A stretch of 64,000 bases of DNA from Eledone cirrhosa (Eukaryota): positions 153,016,001-153,080,000 of the forward strand of contig OZ024741.1 in assembly GCA_964016885.1 (NCBI GenBank). The letters are read 5' to 3'. Positions 1 through 10,764 of this stretch are shown one piece after another. A program made the translations under genes and the position numbers. The notes beneath the pieces are model-generated. The model searched no databases and was not told the DNA's origin. It saw only the letters and a program-made list of their open reading frames with translations. Position 1 is the stretch's first letter, and every line of letters begins with the position of its first letter.

Positions 1-491
1 CAAAAGATTCTAAAAAATTACTTAATTTATAATACAGTCTTTTGCACAGGAAGTGAGTAACTTTTCGGGTGTTTAAACGTAAGTTCACCAGGGTTTGTGT
101 CTTCATTATTAGCCCACCTCTCATGGCATTTTTTGTTCTGCTTACGACTAAATGTTATGAGCGTATTTGCAATTAATTACGCACACGTGCACACCTGCAT
201 GCAGATAGACACTGACAGCCAATAATAAATCGATAACTTGCTTATTAAGATATCGGTCAAAAAGAGAGATTGAGTGTACTTTAGAACATTTTTTGAATAT
301 ATTGTTCTTTTTGGCATGATATGTCAGAAATATAGCTAATATACACTTTGGTTATTTTTTGTAACTAAAAAACGGTTCCTTTTGGGTGGATATTTAACGA
401 GAAAAATCCTAGGGTTTTGGACAGTTTGTTTCAGGCGCTGTATAGACGCCTATTTTGTCACACCTTGGTCATGAATTCGTATTCTTTTCCA

Positions 492-750
492 ATAGATATT
501 TTCCCCTCTATAAGGCTCACCAGGATATAAGGCGTATCATTTAAAATCACGTCCGCGCAACGGCGTGTAAGGCCAACCAGAAAATGCTATCTTCTTTACT
601 TTTAGTCTAGATCTATTACTTCTGTTAGAGCCGTGATTGATTACCATTGTATTATTTATACATAAGGCTCACCGGAGTATAAAGCGCAGAGCTGTTTTTT
701 GATTAAATTTAATTATTTTAAGTGCAATTTATAGACCGGAAAATTCGGTA
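492..750. mobile_element. pogo/Tc2-like MITE remnant
   Basis: The right end reads on the minus strand as TACCGAATTTTCCGGTCTATAAATTGCAC, a pogo/Tc2-type TIR with TA. There is a degenerate left TIR near 492-535 and internal repeats of TATAAGGCTCACC(A/G)G..TATAA(G/A)GCG at ~508 and ~663. Confidence 0.55.
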
Positions 751-874
751 AGTTATTGTAATCATATTTCCAAACCTTCCCATTCACCAGTAACCATGCT
801 AACGAATCTGGTGTCATCTCTCTCTCTGTATTTAATCACCTCTCTCTAACCTAACAGCTTCGTTACACGTCGTT

Positions 875-1433
875 ATGCCCACACGGAAACGTTCAAGACT
901 TACCTCCAAAAAAGGTACAGCTACTGCTTTGAGACAACGAATTAGGCGTTCTCAGGTATGAGTTCATTCACAATTGATTAATCCTTTATGCAATATTCTC
1001 CCTTAATGTTAGCAAGTACTTCGTTTATCCTAACTGTCACCACTTTTAAGCAACTACAACATTCTAATCGTAGTTATATTAAATTTATTGTCTTACCTTG
1101 ATTCCCTTTTGTTCATGTTAGACTTTTCTCATTTACTATTGACACTGCCATTGGCTTAGCTAACCAGTAGAATTAATTAATTTTCTCTAGGAAACACCTG
1201 CTGAGCGCGAATCTCGACTCGCTGATAGACGTCTTTCCCGGCTGGTTGAGTCACCAACATCACGTACGACAAGGCTTGCTGATGTTCGCCTTCGTCGCCA
1301 ACAAGCGCTGACGGAGGAATCACCAACATCCCGTCAGACGAGGCTTGAGGCTGTGGCAAAGGGCAATAACCCTAGATACAATTTTGATCAACTTTTTTTC
1401 ACCTATAGCAAATTTACCGGGACAGGTTTTTAG
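875..1433 (+). pseudogene. Spliced, truncated Helitron N-terminal ORF (exons 875-955 and 1191-1433) with STPR-like ET/ES-x5-RL repeats
   Basis: ATG875 gives MPTRKRSRLTSKKGTATALRQRIRRSQ, then CAG|GTATGA donor and TTTTCTCTAG|GAA acceptor in phase 0. The second exon reads ETPAERESRLADRRLSRLVESPTSRTTRLADVRLRRQQALTEESPTSRQTRLEAV and stops at 1431-1433. Confidence 0.7.
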
Positions 1434-1938
1434 CTACTCAAATCTACTTCAGAGATCACGCATTGATGTAAAAAATCAATAAAACTGAAGCGGGGCTCGA
1501 CTTTGCGCCAAAAAAACAAGGCAAAGTTACACATGGGAAAACTTTTTACAGGAACGTCCTATATTCTTGAAAACTGTCACAAAAGACTCGCCATTATGCC
1601 GCGGTTAAGATAAAGGCCCTTTTAATTCTTCTTCTGCACATGTGAGCGCAAAAGTTGTAAAAAAAAAAAAACCCTGAAAGTAATCGACATTTTCACCCTG
1701 CTTTAAATTAACTGAACATTCAATATCAAGAGATTTTGACTTCCGTCAGTCGTGCAGAGAACAATTTCAACGATACACTGTAACTACAATTAATAAATTA
1801 CACACCTGTGTCTACTAACCTATATTTTTTCATTGAAATTCGAAGTTTTGAACCTGTGATGCCCGGGAAGTAACTTTCACACATTCTAACAGACCAAAGG
1901 TTGACTTACACCCGGGCAACGCCGGGTACTTCTGCTAG
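875..1938 (+). mobile_element. Non-autonomous, internally deleted Helitron; 5' end not located
   Basis: 3' hairpin ACCCGG-GCAACG-CCGGGT (1910-1927) is followed by CTAG (1935-1938) and then T, a canonical Helitron 3' terminus. The upstream spliced ORF resembles Helitron RepHel N-termini. Confidence 0.8.
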
Positions 1939-1947
1939 TATATATAT

Positions 1948-2030
<83 letters not shown>

Positions 2031-2125
2031 TATATATATATATGTATATGTATATATGAAATACAGTTGGCTTATTGCTCACAATAATTTCTATACTTTT
2101 CATTTAGATATATATATACATACAT

Positions 2126-2510
2126 GATGGCTGCCCCCTCGTTATCGAGTATGGCCATTGCACGATATACCATTATTAATAATTATTAATTAATTCTATC
2201 GTGCAATGCCTGTGAGTGAAGAAATTTTTTTAAGTGAGGAAAGACTGTGCACTGAGCCAATCTCACTGTATGGGCGACAGTAGCTATAACCCGAAAACAA
2301 GAAAAGATCAACATCATCGGTAACTACTGAGCCACAGCTTTTATATCGGAGTTATCCCAGTTTCCTGAGTTGCCTTCTCCTAGAAAAATGCCGTGACAAG
2401 GGCTAGGGGTCCTTCACTCCCAGTGGTTTAACCGCCCGGTACATGTGTATATACATATTTACACACTTTTGGATGGCCGTTGCCTCTTATGAGTTCTTCC
2501 GCCCTTTGTC
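2126..2510 (-). mobile_element. Short RTE-derived non-autonomous element (RTE-type 5' leader joined to RTE-type 3' tail)
   Basis: Minus strand carries CTAGCCCTTGTCACGGC..CTAGGAGAAGGCAAC (RTE-type leader, homologous to 39644-39750) and the 3' tail GGCCATACTCGATAACGAGGGGGCAGCCATC followed by ATGT repeats. Confidence 0.6.
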
Positions 2511-2583
2511 ATACACACATACACACACACATGCATACATACATACATACATACATACATACATACATACATACATACATACA

Positions 2584-2614
<31 letters not shown>

Positions 2615-2701
2615 GACAATTTATTTTCTTTTACAACCTTGCCACCAGGAAGGTGGCCAGTCAAAAATGTACTCGAAATTAAGAGAAAGAGAAACATACA
2701 T

Positions 2702-2763
2702 GTGCTATTAAGTTAGATATGCCCTGGGCCAATACTGGCCGAAACCTATCAAAGTTATCAAAG

Positions 2764-2766
<3 letters not shown>
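2702..2766 (+). mobile_element. 3' tail fragment of the CR1-group LINE seen at 53355-54830
   Basis: GTGCTATTAAGTTAGATATGCCCTGGGCCAATACTGGCCGAAACCTATCAAAGTTATCAAAGTT matches the reverse complement of 53357-53420. Confidence 0.8.
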
Positions 2767-2802
<36 letters not shown>

Positions 2803-2806
<4 letters not shown>

Positions 2807-5289
2807 TCGTTTAGAAGCCTCGACAATGCAAATGGGTAAATCTCCGGGTAACAAGGTCCGGTGGTGGAGACAGAGATGTAAGTGGGTGTACGTTGAGATG
2901 CGTGGTGTGTATAAGATGTGTGAGATGTGTAGAATGAAGGGAAGAGTATAAAGGATAAAATTAAAATAACAACACAAGAGAGAGTTACCTTGGGAGAGAT
3001 TTAATAGTCCCTATATATTTCGGATTCACATCCATCAACTGGGTTTTTTTTCCGGGGTGGGGGAAAAGGTTGTCTGTCGGACAAGTCCGGAACGCGTCCT
3101 TCGCTGTTTGTTGTTTTGAATATCTGAGGTATTCGGCAGAGCGCGCGTGCGCGTGAAATGGGGTCGGTCGTACAGAGGCCAGCGGCCGAATGAAGGAGTG
3201 GGATGGCGCTAGCTGTCAGTCCATTCTCTGCCTGTTTATTAAATGTTACTGTGTGTGCGTGTGTTGTTGTCTCGCTTGAGTGTGTGTGTGTGTGTGTGTG
3301 TGTGCGTTGTTGCTTTGTTCCTTTGTATTGGCAGTGTAGTATGTTCGTATGGTGGAATGCTACTGTGGAATGCGTGTGTGTGTGTAGTTGTCTCGTTTGC
3401 GTGTGTGTGTGTAGTTGTCTCGTTTGCGTGTGTGTGTGTGTGTGCGTGTGTTGTGTGTTGTTGCATCGCTTGTTAACTTAAACCAGCCATCTCATTTCGC
3501 TTCTCTCTGATCGGTTGTTTATTTGCGGTAGCAGTCGTTTGATAAAAAGCGCTTCCTTGATACGTAACGTGCCGACGTTTCTTTCAGTCGCTAGAATTGT
3601 GACAATGGGCCTTCCGTCTTTGTTTCCGCATTTGTCTATGTGTTTCCGGAAAGACGAGGCCCTGGTTTTAGTGTGTTCCTTGATCCGGATGTGCAAAGGT
3701 CGAATTGTGCTACCTATGTAGTATTGGTTGCACCTGTCACATTCTATTTTATACACGACGTATGTGCGTAGGCAACAGTCGCATGGCGTATCGGGCAGTC
3801 TCTGAGGGAGCATGCGTCAGTAGATTTTTCGGGTTTCCTGGAGAGGCATCTTCGCAGGGAGGGGCCTGAGTGGGCCAGGTGGATGTCGAGGCCCTCCCTT
3901 CGTATAGCCTTGCGGATAGCGTTGGTGGTTTTCTCGCCCAGGTGTGGCATTTTAAGGAAGCACTTGCCTTGGGTGCTTCTCTGTCTCTTGCGTCTGGTGT
4001 CTCCTATTCTGTCTGTGATCGAGGTAGGCTACCCGTTCGTCTCCAGCACCTCGAGGAATCGCTTGGTATGAGTGACACCACTCGCGGGATCGTTGCATCT
4101 GTTTTTGATTCGCGCGATCTCGTTTGTGATGTATCCTCTTTTGGCACTGTTAGGGAGGGCGGACTTGTAGTGAACGAATAGGTCCCTGCAGGCTGCCTTT
4201 CAGTAGAAGTTGCAATGGATCCTTCCCTGTTCCGTGATGTTGATTCGGAAGTCGAGGCGGGCAAGTGACCCGTCTTCGTTGGGGTGTTCAACACTGAAGT
4301 CAATGTTCTCGTCCGTGTTGTTGAACGTCTCATAGATTCTGTTCGCCGTGTCTTGGGAAGATGTGAGGATGAGGATATCGTCCACGTACCTTGAGAAAAA
4401 GGCTACGGCGTTGGGGTGGCAGGCGTTGAGTGCCTTGCGTTCGAGGTTGTCCATGTAAGAGATCGCTAGCACACCTGATAGGCTTGATCCAATGGGCAAT
4501 CCCCAGGTTTGTTGGTATATTTGGTCAAGGAATCCGAAGTAGGTGTTGTCGACGACGATGGATAGGAGTTGGTGGATGTCAGTGGTGGTGAGCCCGAAGC
4601 AGTGTAGGTCGGTGGATTGGACGCGTTCCATTAGTATGTTGACGGCCGGGAGTGCCGAGACCGAGGTGTAGAGAGCGACTACATCAAGGCTGAAGGCATA
4701 TCTGTTATTCCTTCTGGTGTCGGGATCCATTTGATGCAGGCGCTTCAACACCTCCTCGGAGCTGTTAACGTGTCCCGGCAAGGTGTCTAAGATGGGTTTG
4801 AGTATTCTGGCTAGGAGCCATGAAATTTTGTAGAGTGGTCCCTCCACGCTCGATACGATGGGCCTGATTTTCAGGTCGGGTCCCTGTTTGTGTGTTTTCA
4901 CGAGGTGGTAGAAGGCAGGTAGTCTGCCGTTCCTCGTGAGGAGGTTGTATCTCAGCTTCTTCGGGAGTTTCCACCGGTCGCAGATGTTGGTCCAGGCGGA
5001 GTTGATGTGTTCTTCTATCTGCGCGGGAGTGATTCCCGTGACCTTGGAGTAAAGGTTGTCATCGTCAAGTTGTTGGAGGGCCAGGGTGTTGTAGGCCTCT
5101 CTGCTGGTGACGCAGAATTCTTTTCCCTTGTCGGAGGGGAGATAGATGAGGTTCTTCGATTTTAGGTTGGAGAGAGTGGTGAGTTGAGATTTGGTGAGGT
5201 TATGTGTTGTGCGTGTGTGTGTGTGCGTTTGTGAAGTATATCCGAGATGGCGTGTTTTAGCCTGATGAGTTTAGTGTCGAGTTCGTGGT
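2803..5289 (-). mobile_element. Penelope-like element, left (minus) arm, disrupted
   Basis: DKG, PAFYHLVKTHK, RPIVS, SLDVVALYTS, GLPIGSSLSG and RYVDD RT motifs plus GIY-YIG (VVY..YIG). CGA>TGA stop at 4200 and a 1-nt deletion near 3778. Inverted copy of 5538-8031. Confidence 0.95.
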
Positions 5290-8031
5290 CACCGACCTAA
5301 CCGGACCTCTCACGAGCGACGAGCTGAAACTCCAACACCTCGGACCTAAGTTCATCGTCACACAACGTCTCGGCGACAGACTCAAACTCAACATCGAGGC
5401 CAACTTTTGTCGAGCCGCTTACCAACTTAAATGGGTGACCGCCATTAACAGCGCCACAGAAAATAACAGCGCCGACGCAACCCACCCCATGTTCCCCACT
5501 TACCACCCCGACAACCCACTCCACCCCCCATCCACCAACCACGAACTCGATACTAAACTCATCAGGCTAAAACACGCCATCTCGGATATACTTCACAAAC
5601 ACACACACACACACGCACAACACATAACCTCACCAAATCTCAACTCACCACTCTCTCCAACCTAAAATCGAAGAACCTCATCTATCTCCCCCCCCCCCGA
5701 CAAGGGAAAAGAATTCTGCGTCACCAGCAGAGAGGCCTACAACACCCTGGCCCTCCAACACCTTGACGATGACAACCTCTACTCCAAGGTCACGGGAATC
5801 ACTCCCGCGCAGATAGAAGAACACATCAACTCCGCCTGGACCAACATCTGCGACCGGTGGAAGCTCCCGAAGAAGCTGAGATACAACCTCCTCACGAGGA
5901 ACGGCAGACTACCTGCCTTCTACCACCTCGTGAAAACACACAAACAGGGACCCGACCTGAAAATCAGGCCCATCGTATCGAGCGTGGAGGGACCACTCTA
6001 CAAAATTTCATGGCTCCTAGCCAGAATACTCAAACCCATCTTAGACACCTTGCCGGGACACGTTAATAGCTCCGAGGAGGTGTTGAAGCGCCTGCATCAA
6101 ATGGATCCCGACACCAGAAGGAATAACAGATATGCCTTCAGCCTTGATGTAGTCGCTCTCTACACCTCGGTCCCGGCACTCCCGGCCGTCAATATACTGA
6201 TGGAACGCGTCCAATCCACCGACCTACACTGCTTCGGGCTCACCACCACTGACATCCACCAACTTCTATCCATCGTCGTCGACAACACCTACTTCGGATT
6301 CCTTGACCAAATATACCAACAAACCTGGGGATTGCTCATGGGATCAAGCCTATCAGGTGTGCTAGCGATCTCTTACATGGACAACCTCGAACGCAAGGCA
6401 CTCAACGCCTGCCACCCTAACGCCGTAGCCTTTTTCTCAAGGTTCGTGGACGATATCCTCATCCTCACATCTTCCCAAGACACGGCGAACAGAATCTATG
6501 AGACGTTCAACAACACGGACGAGAACATTGACTTCAGTGTTGAACACCCCAACGAAGACGGGTCACTTGCCCTCCTCGATTTCCGAATCAACATCACGGA
6601 ACAGGGAAGGATTCACTGCAACTTCTACCGAAAGGCAGCCTGCAGGGACCTATTCGTTCACTACAAGTCCGCCCTCCCTAACAGTGCCAAAAGAGGATAC
6701 ATCACAAACGAGATCGCGCGAATCAAAATCAAATGCAACGATCCCGCGAGTGGTGTCACTCATACCAAGCGATTCCTCGAGGTGCTGGAGACGAACGGGA
6801 ACCCAACCTCGATCACAGACAGAATAGGAGACACCAGACGCAAGAGACAGAGAAGCACCCAAGGCAAGTGCTTCCTTAAAATGCCACACCTGGGCGAGAA
6901 AACCACCAACGCTATCCGCAAGGCTATACGAAGGGAGGGCCTCGACATCCACCTGGCCCACTCAGGCCCCTCCCTGCGAAGATGCCTCTCCAGGAAACCC
7001 GAAAAATCTACTGACGCATGCTCCCTCAGAGACTGCCCGATACGCCATGCGAACTGTTGCCTACGCACATACGTCGTGTATAAAATAGAATGTGACAGGT
7101 GCAACCAATACTACATAGGTAGCACAATTCGACCTTTGCACATCCGGATCAAGGAACACACTAAAACCAGGGCCTCGTCTTTCCGGAAACACATAGACAA
7201 ATTCGGAAACAAAGACGGAAGGCCCATTGTCACAATTCTAGCGACTGAAAGAAACGTCGGCACGTTACGTATCAAGGAAGCGCTTTTTATCAAACGACTG
7301 CTACCGCAAATAAACAACCGATCAGAGAGAAGCGAAATGAGATGGCTGGTTTAAGTTAACAAGCGATGCAACAACACACAACACACGCACACACACACAC
7401 ACACACGCAAACGAGACAACTACACACACACGCGCAAACGAGACAACTACACACACACACGCATTCCACAGTAGCATTCCACCATGCGAACATACTACAC
7501 TGCCAATACAGAGGAACAAGGCAACAACGCACACACACACACACACACACACTCAAGCGAGACAACAACACACGCACACACACACACAGTAACATTTAAC
7601 AAACAGGCAGAGAATGGACTGACAGCTAGCGCCATCCCACTCCCTCATTCGGCCGCTGACCTCTGTACGACCGACCCCATTTCACGCGCACGCGCGCTCT
7701 GCCGACTACCTCAGATATTCAAAACAACAAACAGCGAAGGACGCGTTCCGGACTTGTCCGACAGACAACCTTTTCCCCCACCCCGGAAAAAAACCCCAGT
7801 TCATGGATGTGAATCCGAAATATATAGGGACTATTAAATCTCTCCCAAGGTATCTCTCGTGTTGTTATTTTAATTTTATCCTTTATACTCTTCCCTTCAT
7901 TCTACACATCTCACACATCTTATACACACCACGCATCTCAACGTACACCCACTTACATCTCTCTTTCCACCACCGGACCTTGTTACCCGGAGATTTACCC
8001 ATTTGCATTGTCGAGGCTTCTAAACGACTTA
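5290..8031 (+). mobile_element. Penelope-like element, right (plus) arm, 5'-truncated, with 3' pseudo-LTR region
   Basis: N-terminal ..LGPKF.. segment, RT and GIY-YIG ORF, CA-rich 3' UTR, and a pLTR-like region with a hammerhead-like motif at ~7794-7830. Confidence 0.95.
5930..7354 (+). CDS. Penelope-like reverse transcriptase plus C-terminal GIY-YIG endonuclease (open part of a frameshifted ORF)
   Basis: RPIVS, SLDVVALYTSVP, GLLMGSSLSG, RFVDD, LLD; Cys-rich linker CSLRDCPIRHANCC; VVYKIECDRCNQYYIGST..RIKEH..KH..EALFI..INNR. Upstream frameshifts at the CA tract (~5600) and poly-C (~5690). Confidence 0.9.
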   Translation: MKTHKQGPDLKIRPIVSSVEGPLYKISWLLARILKPILDTLPGHVNSSEEVLKRLHQMDPDTRRNNRYAFSLDVVALYTSVPALPAVNILMERVQSTDLHCFGLTTTDIHQLLSIVVDNTYFGFLDQIYQQTWGLLMGSSLSGVLAISYMDNLERKALNACHPNAVAFFSRFVDDILILTSSQDTANRIYETFNNTDENIDFSVEHPNEDGSLALLDFRINITEQGRIHCNFYRKAACRDLFVHYKSALPNSAKRGYITNEIARIKIKCNDPASGVTHTKRFLEVLETNGNPTSITDRIGDTRRKRQRSTQGKCFLKMPHLGEKTTNAIRKAIRREGLDIHLAHSGPSLRRCLSRKPEKSTDACSLRDCPIRHANCCLRTYVVYKIECDRCNQYYIGSTIRPLHIRIKEHTKTRASSFRKHIDKFGNKDGRPIVTILATERNVGTLRIKEALFIKRLLPQINNRSERSEMRWLV

Positions 8032-8081
8032 AAGATATTTACTTATTGTTCCACAATGCTTCAAGCAAACTTCAATACTCT

Positions 8082-8490
<409 letters not shown>

Positions 8491-8574
8491 AAGTTTAGAC
8501 CAGTAAGTCCATTATTCAACTTAGAAAATTAGAATGTAGGTATAATTATAGGAATACTGTAGATTCCCGAGTAG

Positions 8575-8675
8575 TGTCGGGAGGTAACCACAGTTAAAAA
8601 ACGGTACTCAATATATTGGCAGAGTAGAGACATATTTATTATATATAGAAATGACTTCTACATGACTAGAACTGT
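8575..8675 (-). mobile_element. PLE pLTR-like fragment (family B)
   Basis: GAGGTAACCACAG..TACTCAATA..AGAAATGACTTCTACATGACTAGAACTG matches 45410-45505, 46225-46381, 48417-48570 and 55403-55591. Confidence 0.6.
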
Positions 8676-9033
8676 ATGATACGAATACTGGATTCTGGCT
8701 ACGCATAAACTATCGTTTGATACAGATCAACACAACATACTTGAGGGGTTACCCTTTTGCTGATTTACACGTGGATAGCACTTTACTCCAGTGAACACGA
8801 CGGCTGGGAGACCCTTTCAGGAACTCATATGTTTGCTGGACGCACGAGCAAAAGGACGTGTGTTTTTTCCTGCCGGCAGCATATCACCAAATCGAATTTC
8901 ATCTGAGGCTACCGCTCTCATAACAACAACACATGCATGAATTACATCTTGATTACATGTGAGAACCGTTAAAATAATTATAATGAATAAACGATTTATG
9001 TAACATCAGCATCTTTAATGTTATTATTATACT

Positions 9034-9221
9034 GGTGGATTGGCAGTGTGGGTAGAGGGTTGGACGCTCTGCTTTGCAGCAAAGAGTTACGGCCCTTTAC
9101 GGTCTGAGTTCAAATCCCGCCGAGCTTAACTTTGCCTTTCATCCTTACGGGATCGATAAAATATAGTACCACTAATACACTGATATAATTGCTGGCTTTG
9201 TGCCAAAAAGTAGAAACAATT
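9034..9221 (+). mobile_element. tRNA-derived SINE (octopus OR-type family)
   Basis: A-box-like TGGCAGTGTGG, B-box GAGTTCAAATCC, body CTTTGCCTTTCATCCTTACGGG.TCGATAAAAT..GTACC. More than 12 copies in the window. Confidence 0.85.
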
Positions 9222-9314
9222 GTTATTTGTTTTAATCTCTATCGTAACTACAAACTACAAATGTTGAGAGCTTTCTCCTGCTTGCTCCTGTTTTTACCAA
9301 AACAATCTCTTCGG

Positions 9315-9361
<47 letters not shown>

Positions 9362-9639
9362 GTGTGTATGTCACAGATCCTCCGAGATCGTTGAGATCGA
9401 TGCAGTTAATATTCCTCCAGAATAGTTACATATAAAGGAAAATGTTGACAGGAAGGGGATCGTATCAAAGTGGTGAGGTGTTGTAAATCGTGGTTGTTGT
9501 TAGAGCAAAACATGGAGACGGTGGGCACAATATGGCTGATTGAAGGAGAACAGATGAGTGTGTGGTGGTGATACGAGATCAACAACAAGGTCAGAGGATC
9601 AGAAGTCAATGTAGTAGTGGTAGAAGAGGATGTTGATGA

Positions 9640-10260
9640 GACAGCAGATCTGTGGATCAAAGATTGGAGGGTGGTGAGGAAATAACAGGTCATATGAGGA
9701 TCACTGATTGGAGGGTGGTGGGAAAATTGTAGGTCATCTGTGGATCAGTGATTGGTGGTGGATGAGGAAACAGCACATCTGTGGATCAGTGATTGGTGTG
9801 TGGTGGGAAATAATAGGACATCTGTGGATCAGTGGTTGGTGCAGTTGGAGAAATAACACATCTGTGGGTCGCTGATTAGTGGGTGGTGCGAAACAACAGG
9901 TCATCTGTAGATCTGTGATTGGAGGGTGGTGAGGAAACAACACATCTGTAGATCACTGATTGGTGGGTGGTCGGGAAATAACAAGGCATATGTGGATCAG
10001 TGGTTGGAGGGATGGGGAAACAACAGGTCATCTGTGGATCACAGATTGGAAGGTATGGAGGAACAACAGGTCAACTGTGGTTCACTGATTGGTGGGTGGT
10101 GGGGAAATAACAGATCATATGTGGATCATAGATTGGAGGGAATGGGGGAACAACAGGACATCTATGTCAACTGATTGGTGGGTGGTGGGGAAGCAACACA
10201 TCTGTTGATCAGAGATTGGTGTGTGATGTGGAAATAACAAATCTGTGGATCACTGATTAG
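9640..10260. repeat. Degenerate ~42-44-bp minisatellite
   Basis: CATCTGTGGATCA(C/G)TGATTGG(T/A)GGGTGGTGGGGAAA(C/T)AACAGGT repeated roughly 14 times. Confidence 0.85.
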
Positions 10261-10764
10261 TCAGAGACGTCATGGTAATGAGTCGGGTGGATTTGCCCAT
10301 GTTTTCTATGCATTGCAGCATATCTGTCAATGTAGCAACAGCAACGAACCAGATATGCAATCAATATACAACTGATTGTCTCAACCGAAATGTAATCAGG
10401 GGGTTAACAGTTGTTGGGGGCAGAAGTATTTCTGGTTTTGAAATGGCAATCCAGTCTTTGTGATGCAAAGAACACACTTCGTCGAAACCGACGGAAGGGA
10501 CATTCTCGTGTATGGGTAAAACAATATGTTAAGCATTCAGTTAGAGTCATTATTGACTATGTAAGTAAGGCATGTGGTGCAGCCTAGACTCGGTATATTG
10601 CAATCCCACTCTTATGCACGAAATTGCAGTTTCCATGGAGTGACTGATGAGGAATTTCGTTTTTTTTAAATTTGTGTGTGACTTTTCTATACCTACATTT
10701 TAGATAATGATGGCTGACTAATATGGGACTACTAAGTTCACGATTAATGTAACATCAACAGCTC

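Noticed and set aside
5930-7354. Telomerase, retron or bacterial defence RT; selenoprotein-type PLE
   Set aside because: The C-terminal GIY-YIG domain and DKG motif identify a PLE. The TGA at 4200 is an arm-specific CGA>TGA change, not a conserved Sec codon.
9034-9125. tRNA gene candidates at SINE heads
   Set aside because: A and B boxes are present, but I found no cloverleaf and each continues into the SINE body.
10411-10560. Possible host exon (open frame ending at TAT|GTAAGT)
   Set aside because: The acceptor is weak (no pyrimidine tract), the peptide is unrecognisable, and there are no partner exons.
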